Below are positions 23,788-64,000 of a stretch of 64,000 bases of DNA, piece after piece. Every line of letters starts with the position of its first letter. The first letter of the stretch is position 1. The translations under genes and the position numbers were made by a program. The notes below the pieces were generated by a model. The model searched no databases, was not told the origin of the DNA, and worked only from the letters and a program-made list of their open reading frames with translations. Source of the DNA: Tubiluchus corallicola (taxonomy: Eukaryota; Animalia; Priapulida); contig JAQGDQ010000025.1 in assembly GCA_030141605.1 (NCBI GenBank), positions 1,042,732 to 1,106,731 of the forward strand, given 5' to 3'.

Positions 23788-26063
23788 TGTAACGGATCCG
23801 GGTCCTTTTCAGGCGCCGATCCGTCTCCTCAGAATGTATCGAGCGGCATACAAGTTATGAAAGTATTACAGCAGACGAGAAAAGTAAAAAGAGTACGAAT
23901 GCAAAATAAATTAAACTTTATTGCACAACCGGTAACTCCAAAAGAATGACATGTGAACAGACTTTTGTATAAAAAAATCAGCAAACCTACAGCAATCACC
24001 TTTACAGACAGAAAGGCCAGGTTGGAATCGTCAAATTACGGCATGCATTCTGTTTTATACAGGTACATTTGCATTACTGGGCTTCTCGACTATACCCATT
24101 ACTAACATTATGGGGTTAGTCAAAACCCGTCTTCGTAACACTACCCCTTCCTCAATTTCCATTTGTCCACAAATGAGTTACAGCAAATGCAAATGCAATT
24201 AAATTGTACTCTAGTTGAACCCAACAAAAGTCATTCAAAGTTGAGCAAATCAGTTTAACAAAATAATCAAAATTGTAAACAGCACTAGTACAAATATGTA
24301 AAAACCCGGCTTTAGCAAATCTATCCAGGTTTATGACAGCATAAAACTGAAAACGGTGAGTTGATAATCCTTTTTCCTGTGGGAACAGATCAATGATCCA
24401 CTTCTTGTGAGTGCAGTGTAGCGCCATCTAGCGAGACTGTCCCAAAAAACAATACAGTCAGTCTTTAAACAGAAACCAGTCTTTGCACATCACGCTATCG
24501 GCAAAACAGGCCTTGAAACGAAAAAAACATTCTACTAGTTACTTCCGAGGCACTGAGACAACCTCTATGATGTGGTACATTGTGAACAGTCTATAGAAGT
24601 TCTCCTGGGGCGTCGGTAGGGATTCGAACCATCTGTCTGCCCGGTGAAATAAAGTAGTTGCGATACTTGCGAAGGTGTAGGGTACTCCAGCCATGTGCTA
24701 CAACGGTATTGTACTCCTAGCCATAAACCATGTCTTTGACGGTACTCCATAATAGACTCGTGTCCGTCATAATAGACTCGTGTAGCAATCGAAGTTTCGA
24801 CCTGTCTTCCCTGAGTGAACGAAATAGGCATACTGACAAGCTTACTGCAACAGACTCGGCACATAAAGAGGAATAAAGACGAAACAAATTTACAAACAAG
24901 GTACTGCTGTACAACAACAACAGCAAAGTAGAGAAAAACGATTAATCTTTTTAAACTGCTTCAACGTTCTGGCTTCGCAAAAGCTACCGAAAACCGGTTC
25001 AACTTTGACCAGTGACGTACAGTTAAAAAGACGAGCATCAAGTGTTCACAACTGCATAATCTTAGCTAGCTGAACACAACAGAGCCCCATGTTGAAAAGC
25101 GTGTTCTGGCATCCTAGCCATTACGGAACACTAAACTACCATTTAAAAACAGTGTTCTGGCAACCTAGCCATTACGGAACACTAAACTACCATTTAAAAA
25201 CAGTGTTCTGGCAACCTAGCCATTACGGAACACTAAACTACCATTTAAAAACAGTGTTCTGGCATCCTAGCCATTACGGAACACTAAACTACCATTTAAA
25301 AACAGTGTTCTGGCATCCTAGCCATTACGGAACACTAAACTACCATTTAAAAACAGTGTTCTGGCATCCTAGCCATTACGGAACACTAAACTACGGTGAC
25401 TCGCTATACATGCAAAGTCACAAAATGGCTGTACGTCTCCTATTCCTAAATACAGGCTAATATCGCCTCATTGGGAACTCGATAAAAACATAGAACTGTT
25501 TAAGCTAAGGCCGATGCTGCCTGTCGCATAAAGGCCGTTCAATTGCCTTTCAACATAAAAGGTAAAAACACGAAACTGTCTACAAAAACACAAAAAAAAC
25601 ACGCCGAGTAGTACAGACAAGCTGTCTGCCTAAAGCAAAATGCAGCACTCACCAAACCCAATAATGTCGATCCATTCCAGGCGGCAATTTCGGATCCCAC
25701 TTATGTGCACCAGTGTAACGGATCCGGGTCCTTTTCAGGCGCCGATCCGTCTCCTCAGAATGTATCGAGCGGCATACAAGTTATGAAAGTATTACAGCAG
25801 ACGAGAAAAGTAAAAAGAGTACGAATGCAAAATAAATTAAACTTTATTGCACAACCGGTAACTCCAAAAGAATGACATGTGAACAGACTTTGTATAAAAA
25901 AATCAGCAAACCTACAGCAATCACCTTTACAGACAGAAAGGCCAGGTTGGAATCGTCAAATTACGGCATGCATTCTGTTTTATACAGGTACATTTGCATT
26001 ACTGGTCTTCTCGACTATACCCATTACTAACATTATGGGGTTAGTCAAAACCCGTCTTCGTAA

Positions 26064-26065
<2 letters not shown>
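23788..26065 (-). mobile_element. Non-autonomous LTR retroelement (TRIM/LARD-like), 2278 bp
   Basis: LTRs at 23788-24140 and 25714-26065 (TGT..ACA, ~99% identical). PPT GAGGAAGGGGTAG at 24141-24153. PBS-like TGGTGCACATAAGTGGGATCCG at 25691-25712. No gag/pol motifs inside. Confidence 0.92.
25101..25393. repeat. 51-bp tandem repeat x6, each unit containing a hairpin
   Basis: Units start at 25101, 25152, 25203, 25254, 25305 and 25356: GTGTTC-TGGC-A(T/A)CCTA-GCCA-TTACG-GAACAC plus a constant spacer. Confidence 0.95.
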
Positions 26066-26094
<29 letters not shown>

Positions 26095-26627
26095 GATAGA
26101 GTTAAAATTAAAACACAATAAAAAGTTACAGTAAGCTCATAAATCTCAAAACATAATAAAAACGTGTGTGTTATTATGAAAACAAAAAGAAGTATTGTGA
26201 AAAATGTGTCATGAAAGAACTACAATAGTCTGTTTCGTCTAGCTTTCATTCTAATAAATTAATCTATAATTCTCGCAAAGTAATCAGTAGTCAACTCTCT
26301 TTCAATGGACAGCAAAACTAACCCAGACAATCTATCCTCACCCATTGTAAAACGAAGGTAGAACTTTATCTGCTTCAGCTGATTAAAACATAGTTTAGCA
26401 ACCGCAGAGGTTTCATTAGCGTTACTCGTTGATACAAGACTTGCTAGTGTAATAGGGTTTATTAACTATAATTGTTAACATAGCCAAGGTAGCCTAAAAT
26501 TTGAAGTGCTACTTGTTTGCAATCATCACAAATAAGAAATTTCATTCTAGAAGAAAGAACAGTTGCAGATTGCAGTTTTAATTCTAGAAAAACTATTAAG
26601 TTTTACTCCAGATTATTGGTTTATTAA

Positions 26628-27124
26628 AGGAAAGGTCAACCCTTCTAGGAGGTTAGGGCTTATTTCAATGTTCAGAAAAAATGTTAGAAAGATCTAGTAA
26701 AAAAACTGCAATAAGCGCCTCATGTAACCAGTAAAATTACTTCAAAGTCTTGATCACTTCAGGCTTGGGCGCCTCCATTTTCAATGCTCATTCTTCTTCC
26801 AATGACATCATTCGTTCTGATGAAAACCAGCGCACTTTCAATTTTCACCAAAAATACAATAAGTTTTTACAAAAATATTGGATAAGTTATTTTGTAATAT
26901 TTTTGCGTGAACATTATGTAAGCTGCAGAAGTTTGAATTACTTTAATCAGCTCGCGCTTACGGAAAGCCACCACCAAGTCGCGAAGTCCCCCATTTACGT
27001 CACGATTTTCAAGTGAATAGCAGCAAACACCACGCCTGAAATTTTTTTAATCAGGTTATTTTTTTCTAACTTTAGGTGATAACAGTAAAATAAACCCAAT
27101 ATGCTGAGTGACTTGTTCTTTCCT
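26628..27124 (-). mobile_element. TTAA-targeting MITE (Kolobok-like), copy 3
   Basis: ttaa-AGGAAAG...CTTTCCT-ttaa; reverse-complement homolog of copy 1. Confidence 0.8.
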
Positions 27125-28559
27125 TTAAATTTTTCAGTTTTTCAGCATAAGGAATTTTATATTACGCAGTATAAACGGTTGGCTTTGTTTATCGTTTATG
27201 TAAAGACGTTCTAGATGTGTAGTTCAGATAAAGGCGAGTGCATTGACAGCATGTTCTGCTCGCATAAATGTATCCTGGCTTGTTTTACTGTTTGTTTTTA
27301 TAGTGTTTTGGGGTTTTGTGACGTCGTAAAAAATGAGCTGTCATGAAAAGCCAAGATTGGATCTATAATTCATGGTTCGAATGACGTCATCAATCGATGA
27401 CATTAATTTGTTTTTGTTGCGGTTCATCAGTTATTCTGATATTTATTCATGTTTATTTGGGCTAGCTTTCTTTATGAAGTAATATAGTGTAACATAGTGG
27501 GTAGTGTTCTTAGTTTTTATCTAAAAAATAAAATTAAAAAAGGCATTTGTATTTTTAACGAGAAATATAGCTACATCTATCTGAAACGTCAGTGTGCGAT
27601 TGGGTGGCAGTAATTTTTATTTTAGTTTTTAACTCCTTCAGGACCGCACCATTCTAAATTGGTCTTGTAAGACCTAATTTTTTCTGCTATTGTATGAGCA
27701 CAGACATTACTGAATGATTACAAATTAGGTAGTGTTCGATTTAGGAGAATCACAGCTATCCAATCATGCTATTTGTTTAAACATTTATACGTGATTTAAT
27801 TGGATAAAGTTAAGAAAAACACGCCCTTTTCAGGCACTTCAACTAAGCCTATCGTGTAGCTTCGTCCGGTGTAAATTTCCTTGATCGTACCCAATGTTTT
27901 CTTGATCGCCTGCTTGCTACAACCCAAGAGAAACATCTGCTGTACAGAATTTCAAGAAAAGCCAACCCATCAGTCAAGGAGAAATTAAGGTCGTTTCATC
28001 TTTTAACAGGAATTCTCAAAAATAAGAGTAGACTTGAGGCCAATGTGTATCAGAATGTTGTGTCTGGATACCTGAAATTTTCTGCATTAGCAGATTCCTC
28101 ACAAGTGATACTGCGTATTGCATTCTGTTGTTCCATGTGAGAGATGGGAGCATAAAGTGATGTGTGAAACTCATGGAACAGAAAAGCAAATAGGAAGACA
28201 GTGGAAGAGAAAAGAGGAAATAAAAGCAAGGAAAAGAAGCCGGAGAAGAGAAGAAGAGGAAAAGCTGAAAAAATAAGTTGGGAAAAGATAAACTGGGGAG
28301 GGAAGACAAAGAGTGTGGGAGGATAAAGAGCAGTGTAGACAATCCAGTAAATGGAAAGAACCTTTCCAAGAGCGACATCCTCAAAAGTATAACACCAGTA
28401 AAGTCAAAGCTTGCAGGCAGCTACTAATGGTTGCAAGACGAGGAAAGTTTAGACATATAATTACCCTACGAAATAGAATTCATATACTTATGTATTTATG
28501 TACATGTAAAATGACCTTAGTGTGATAATAACATTAGACTTGAAATTTTCCAAGCAATT

Positions 28560-28931
28560 TGTATCCTTTGTTAAGAAAGCAAACAAAATTTTGGGGATGA
28601 TAAAGAGGCACTCGTTTCTAGAAATAAAGAAATTATATTGAAATTATACATTGGTTCGGTTAGACCGCATCTAGAATACTGTGTGCAGCTTTGGAATCCC
28701 CATTATCAGAAACGCATGTTGTTTAAGGAAGGTGTGCAAAGGCGTGCTACAAGAATAATATTTAGTTGTAAAAGTCTGAGATATTTAGAAAGATTGAAGT
28801 ATTGCAGTTTGACCACGGTTGAATTAACAAGGCACCCTGGAGATCTTATTGATGCTTGTAAAGTACTAACTAGAAAAGAAAGCATTTTGCTTGAAAAGTT
28901 CTTTAATTTGGTTGTTGATGAAATTGTTTGA
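28560..28931 (+). mobile_element. CR1-like LINE 3' ORF2 fragment
   Basis: KANKILGMIKR..LY..VRPHLEYCVQLWNPH..VQRRATR..Y.ERLK. Confidence 0.8.
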
Positions 28932-31276
28932 TGAAAGATGCAGCGGCTCGTACAGTGCAATGAAATTCAACGCTTGCAACTTGTGACTTGTTTGTAACTT
29001 ATTGTAAGGCGAAGAATTGTAAGATTATACGAAAGTGCAATTAAATGTAATGCCTTATAGTACAATATAGTAAAATGCAACATAGTATAATGCAACGAAA
29101 TGCAACGAGTTGTAGGTGTAGTTCAATAAAATGCAATGCTGTGCAAAGTTAACGCACCGTCACTTTTTTATTTCATGTAATTTATATAATGTAATTGTTA
29201 CCTAAAATGATAATAAATGACAGTAGCAATATCATGTCAACTCTGTGACTCAAGTTTTTCACAAACTTTTCTTTCAAGCTATTTCAGTTTGCAAATTACG
29301 ATGATTAGCTTCGCGAAGTCTTAAAAGATTTTTGGTTTTGAGCTCTCAAGGCGGAAATTGAAGTTGCGATAGAGCTGGATCGATGAACAGTGCTAATTTG
29401 TTAGAGTGGCTGCAAGCAGCACCTCGAAAGCTCTTGTAAAATTTTAGAGGTTTTAGAAACGAAGATCAAGAGTTTTATTTTGTGGCGTATGGTAAATTTT
29501 GAAATCGAAGAAGCTGATTGACGGTCTAGGACTTTTTGACAATTTTTTAAAGAAAGATCCAGATGCGACAGTCCTACAGCTTATCCTTTGCCATCTGTGC
29601 ACGAAGTCGTCTTGTTATCTTGGCATCATCTTTTTAATAGAGTAAATGGCCAACCAGCAATCTGCGGTGCCCAAGAAAACAGTGATGGGTTCAACTCGAG
29701 ATAGAAGAATTATGTGGAAATAAATTAAAAGTAAAACGGATAAATGAATAAACTAAGCAAAGCTTTGTTTAAAAATTTCATAATTTGATATAACCATTTT
29801 GACGTTGACATACATATGCATATGTACTTTACTTGCAATAAAATAAATTACAATAAAATCACAATCCTCATTGTTAAAAATATTTTCAATACTAAAACAC
29901 TGTTAAAGGCAAATTCATCTTGTACAAAACTATAAACTATTAGTACATAAAAATTAAAACTAAACGAAATTACATACATAAATACAGTAGGTTCACGACA
30001 CTATACATGGGCACCATGCGATTAGTGAAGTACATTACAATATGCACATAATACATAATACATAACACAATACATATGTGTTATGCAATACATATGTGTT
30101 ATACACAATACATAGGTATACTACAATAAGTAAAATACATAATCAATGTATGATAAAATTTTCATCAACTATCACAATATACACAATACGTTCGTATATA
30201 ATACCTACCAAAAATTACTTGTACAGATTGCCGTTTTAATTTACTATTTATGAGTTGCGAATTTATAATTGTTCTTTTTCAGTTATTAGGGACGTGAGTA
30301 TACAAAATTTGAATTAAAGAATTTAACGTCATTTACATGAGTTGGTTTTTGAAATCTACTTAGTTAGCATTGTTTCGGTTTCTCTTTATTACACTATCAT
30401 AGCACTCAATTCGTTTTGGCTCAGGATTAGCAAATGTAGATAACATAACAGTGGATTTATTAAGTGATTATTCTGATTGTTTACTGTATTTTAATGCAGT
30501 TTGCATGACAACTTGGTTCAAATGTGTTCGCAAAATGTCAAGCTATCTGTAATAATTCACGGCTAATTCAGCTGATTTATCAACTATTCAGGATTTAGTT
30601 CCAGGTCATATCATACTGTCATTAATAACTTCAGTAATGTGACAGCCCGGGATAAGGTTTGATTTCTAATACTTTGATAAATTATTGTGTCGTTTTTTAT
30701 TTAAAGGAATATGGTAGTTAAGCCAACATCAACGAAAGCTCAGTTTGTTCAGCATCTGAATTAGCAGCCGAATCACCTTCGCATCATCAGTAGCTTTGTA
30801 CGAGCCGCTGCATCTCTCTGCAAAGGTTTCCCGCAAACCTAAGAGATGCTATTAAACTTAGCTAACGTAAACAACGCAAGTAAACACCGTGGATGGAGGG
30901 TTATCACAGTTAAGAAGCAATTTCCAAACCTGGCTGCCACGTGCCTTGGCTTCGCTTAGCGTGTCTGTGAATGAAATCAACGTATTGGGTTGAGCAACAA
31001 CAAGTAAAGGTAAGATAGGTGCTTTAGTCACAAACAGATCTTCTCGCTACTAGATAGATAGGTTGAAAACATTTATTTGCAACGTAAGAAACGAGTACCT
31101 TATTTCTCTGATTAATTTATTGAAATCTGAAAAGAGTACACGAAAAAGAAGTTTCGTCACTTTTTACTCACTTAGTCAGGTCAGCTTTTACTTCACTTAG
31201 GTTTCAGCTAATGTGTTCATTAAGTTTAATATAAAGTTAAAGTATTAAGTGTGACATTTTGTTTCTCAGATCGAAC

Positions 31277-59338
<28,062 letters not shown>

Positions 59339-61034
59339 ATACACTGATACATGTGTAGTCAGTTTCCTAGATTTTAACTGGATGCCTAGGCTGGTAAACG
59401 TGGGTGGAGTGAGCACGAAAGTTTTTTTTACTGTTGCTAAGAAAAAAACATTTTTTCACTATAAGCAATAAAGCTGCATGGAACATTGTGTAATCCCCAA
59501 ATAAAAGTATTTCTTACATAAAACATTTCCCAACATTCCTGCCCATATATGGTATGTATAATTCTTTTTCCTTGGCATTATTTGTGCAATTCGATTCGAC
59601 ATTGTATCAACAAGTTTTGGTATACTTGGTAAACCTGTAAATGTGTGTACAGGAAAACTTTGAAAACTTCTGTAATTTGCCTTATGAACATCTTTAATTG
59701 TATTAGTGAATAACATGTATAATGCATATTCATACAGCGAAGACCCCAAATATATCAGAGAAATTCACAAAAAAAGAACGTATAGGCATGATTTAAAAGA
59801 ACAAGGAAATATATTCCCATAAATACTAATTCTTTTGTTCATTTAATACGACTGTGATTCTATTTAGTGTAGCTATGTAAAAATAGTGATTTTTTATACA
59901 GTGAGTAGTCTAGTCTTATCTTTTGTGCCGAAGTTCTACTTACAATAAGAACTTTTTATACGAAAGACAGTAGTGTATTATTTCTTATGACCGTTTGAGA
60001 ATTAGGGTTAACCTTAGTCTAATAATATATTATGTATTATGTATATACGAGCTTTTGTGTAAGCGTACGAGTTATTTATTGATCTTTAGCCAGCGTGTAT
60101 TATAGAAATATACAACACAATATTAACTACTCAAATTGAACATTGTATCATTAATTAAAAAATAGTAATGCTGAAATTTAAAAACCTTTTCGTACTTATA
60201 GCTAGATCTTTTGCTCTCATTGAGAATATCGTAAAAACGTGTGCAATTGTAGCTTATAGTGTGCAAACAATTGGTCTTCTCTTTTGAAACTAGTTTAGGT
60301 TTTTGTATCTCTGCAGTTTGATTAAACCCTTTTGAGTGTGGAAGTGATATATTTAATACGTGCTTTACATCGGACGTTTGTATCTAAATATCTAAATCAT
60401 TTTGTGCATGCTTATTTTGAGATTTTTTTCAATTTATTTTTATTCATACTGAGACAAAGTATATTTTTATTGCTTACTCATTATTTATGCCATTTAAGGA
60501 ATGACTACTTTTGGTTTCAGTATAACAAGTTAACGTTTAAACTGTACAGCAGTGGTGAAGTCCTGCTACTATAAAAGCTTACTTGGTCGGGACTTCACCA
60601 TGTGTTTACCAGCGTTATTATAAAATTGGGATACCTCTCTTCTGGGATAGCTGTTCAAACCGCTAGCTTAGGATGTGCCTGTGTATTGGGGAAAAATCTG
60701 TTCACAGTCTTAATACAATGTTACATAGATAACATAGTGATAAAAAGAAGAGGAAAAGAGAGGACAGAAGACGAGACAAAAGGAGAGTAGAGGACAAGAC
60801 AGGAGAGGAGATCGGAAATCGGAAAGGTGTGCATGATGTCCACATTTGACATTCTTCGACCTAATTGGGCAGAGAGTAGAGGAGGAGAGAGGAAAGGAGA
60901 GGTGGAGAGGAGACGAGAAGAGAGAAGTGAGACGAATCGAGGAGAGGGGATGGCGGGAGACGAGAAGAGAAGAGAGGAGAGGAGAGAAGAGAAGAAGAGA
61001 GAAGAAAGAAAGGACTTGCTGCTGTTGTTACTTT

Positions 61035-61205
61035 TAATTTCTATTATTGTTGTTCTTAATTTCTACTATTGTTGTTCTTAATTTCTACTATTGTTGTTCT
61101 TAATTTCTACTATTGTTGTTCTTAATTTCTACTATTGTTGTTCTTAATTTCTACTATTGTTGTTCTTAATTTCTACTATTGTTGTTCCTAATTTCTACTG
61201 TTGTT
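61035..61205. repeat. 22-bp tandem repeat (taatttctactattgttgttct) x~8
   Basis: Read directly from the sequence. Confidence 0.93.
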
Positions 61206-62219
61206 GGATGACACAAGTTCAGTTGACGTGCTCTACGCTCAGCACACAATGCAGGTCTTTTATTTTGACCATAACTGTAACAAAGATTAAGCAGGTCTTA
61301 TTATCCTGCAATAACAAATTATTGAAGCTTATTTAGGTTCTTAAAAGGAAGAAAAGATTTGGTAGTAAGATGGTCAACTTGTGCAAATAGATTGCACTTA
61401 AAAGTAAAGGAACTTTGCGTTTATTAAAAATGTTTAGGCAAAAATTGTTAGCGCCATATTTCTAGTGGTGAAGAATTTGAGGCGGCGTTAAAAAGCTGTC
61501 ATGGTGATCAACTCCAACACGTCAGTTTATAGGCGTAACTTTCAGATGCGTGAAGACGAGACAACTCAAGCAAATCATTTGCTTTGCGGTCTTGCTATGA
61601 GTGTGAGCAGTGCTCCAAGAAAAAACAGAACAGTTTTTAGTGAAGTGTAATATTGATTTTAAGTGCAAAATGTGTGATTTTGTTAAAAAATTGAAAATTT
61701 TGTTGTCTGTACAAAACAATTTATTCTTTGCACTTAACCACAGAAGTAATCACGCTTTAGTCTTCTATTTTGTCTAATAAGTGGATTGTGGCTGCAAGGT
61801 GATTTAAGAATGGAATGGTGGCATTTCATAAAACAAGTTTTAAATTAACGTTCTCACAGTAAAAGTGAAAAATCGCCTGGCTTTTCATTGAATTTAAAGC
61901 TTCGTTGGGTTGAAAGCAGCAACTTAACTTTCAAATTTCTCACAGAAAACTGATCACGTTTCGCCATCTTGATTTAGAAATACGCGCCACTTCGTGACGT
62001 CATCGACGTGATTCGCCTGGAATATTGCATGGAGTATGAATTTGCTTTATAAATTTATGTCAGGCATCAGCAAGCTAATTCTGTCTTTATAACTGTCCTG
62101 CCTATGTTTTATGGTAAGTGTTAATCCTATGTGCAATCATTTTAAATCAGTTACTTTAATTTATATAAATGGGTCTTGTAGGGCTGTGATCTATCATGCA
62201 ATGATAATGTTGTTTGGAT

Positions 62220-62668
62220 ACATGTGCGGGTTTTGCAGGTTTGACAGTATGACGGGTTTGACAGGTTTAACAGTATGGCGGGTTTGGCAGCTTTGACAGT
62301 ATGGCGGGTTTTGCAGGTTTGACAGTATGGCGGGTTTGACAGCTTTCACAGTATGGTGGGTTGGCAGGTTTGACAATATGGCGGTTTGGCAGGTTTTTCA
62401 GTATGGTGGGTATGGCAGGTATGACAGTATGGCGGGTTTTGCAGGTTTTGCAGTATGGCGGGTTTGGCAGCTTTGACAGTATGGCTGGTTTTGCAGGTTT
62501 GACAGTATGGCGGGTTTGGCAGTTTTAACAGTATGGCGAGTTTGCAGGTTTGACAGTATGGCGGGTTTGGCAGGTTTGACAGTATGGCGGGATTTGCAGG
62601 TTTGACAGTATGGCGAGTTGGTAGGTTTGACAGTATGGCAGGTTAGGCAGTACAGCATGTATGACAGT
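62220..62668. repeat. ~26-27-bp minisatellite (gcaggtttgacagtatggcgggttt)
   Basis: About 16 copies. Confidence 0.93.
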
Positions 62669-64000
62669 AAAAAGTGCGGTTGCACAGAATGTAAGTAATT
62701 AAGTGTGGCAGTTGTTGTGATTGTCAGCAAAAAAGTGCGGTTGTGCAGAAAATAAGTAAATAAGTGCGATTGCATAAAAAATGTGCGGTTAATTACTTAA
62801 CCTGCTTGCTTAGTTTAATTTAATTTTAATAATCTTGGGCAGGTGGCGCCACAGCACGGAAGTGTTTAATTCAGATAAAATGAACAATGCCAAAATCCGT
62901 GTTTTAGCTTTCTAGTTTTGCCAAGGTAGAAACCACCTGACTATCAAAAAGCAGATGCAGCATCATTGTGACAGATAATGTCTGTTAACTTGACTTTACA
63001 CACAGCTATTTGTTATAGTCCAACAGGCTTTTGTGTCTTAGTTATTTTTTTCAAGGAAGTGCCTCACTTGTTCTTGCTAGATTTTCAAAAATATTTTGCT
63101 CATGTTTTTCCCTCTTAGGGGGTCAAACGCAGAATTCGCCACTGAGAAACAAATGACGAAAATTGTGTCTGGATTCTGGACATAAAGATTAAAATTGAAG
63201 TCTCTCAGGAGTACTTGGTGTTGCAGGAGAACAGATGCTGGCCTTGGTCTTGAATGTTTTGAATGTTGAAAAAGATTTTATTTTTTAAATTGCCAATTTG
63301 TTTATTTACAGGTTATTATCTGTGGAGCTTCAAAAAGTTTATGTGGCTAAAAGTCACTTTAAAACTTGAAACATTTCACATGTTCTGCCTACTGTGTCTC
63401 ACTGCAACGTTGGAAACGTCTAGGAAGCCACAATTACAACAAAATTCGTCTTTTTCCTTCAACAGCTCTGTGAATCATGTGCAATGTTGTAAAAAATCAG
63501 CTGAATCTCAAATATCACAGACTTGGTGAGGTTGATGACTGTCACGGTCGTGCTTAGCAGATTAAAACGAATAGCCATTTAACTGTAATAACACGTTTAC
63601 GTGGCATTTGAAAAAAACTATTAGCTATATCTGAATGTATTGTATTGAACCTGTCATTAATAACTAATTAACCGAATTTGGTAAACGTTATAAACTGGTG
63701 GCTCCACCTATCGGGAGTTCAACAAAGAAATGTTACAGTTCAACTTTTTGGACCAAATTCTGGCTTCATGATCTCATACCTATAGTACTGCTGTGATTGG
63801 ATGATTAACTGGGTCACGACAGGTATAACTTGAGAGGTGCAGATTATTCCACGAGGTTACGGAGATAGTGGTTAAATGGCCGACTCAGCTAAAAGGCCAA
63901 TTGATTTTGTCTTTGTCGGGGCGTTGGCCGACAAGACGTCACTTCGGATACTTTTATGATCAACTTCATGACTTGCAATAGCTACGTGAATTGAATTGTT

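Noticed and set aside
25089-25460. 123-aa ORF of 17-aa repeats / CRISPR-like array
   Set aside because: A by-product of a 51-bp tandem repeat; the spacers are invariant and there are no cas genes.
62194-62775. PYCQ/KPAKPA-repeat ORFs
   Set aside because: Translations of the minisatellite.

Overview
AT-rich animal (invertebrate-like) genomic DNA. 1-7075: a young, apparently intact Gmr1-type Ty3/Gypsy LTR retrotransposon on the minus strand (single 1606-aa Gag-PR-IN-RT-RH ORF; the visible LTR parts are identical). About 7-30 kb: repeat-rich DNA with decayed LINEs, MITEs and microsatellites. It also holds a 357-bp RTE-derived retroposon that begins exactly at a twister-ribozyme cleavage site, and a 2.3-kb non-coding LTR element carrying a six-fold hairpin array and a tRNA-3'-end-like motif. 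31277-59338 (+): a 23-coding-exon ADAMTS2/3/14-like procollagen N-proteinase gene (~1056 aa by manual splicing), with an intronless galactose-3-O-sulfotransferase gene nested antisense in intron 5. All calls come from reading the sequence by eye; no database searches were run.
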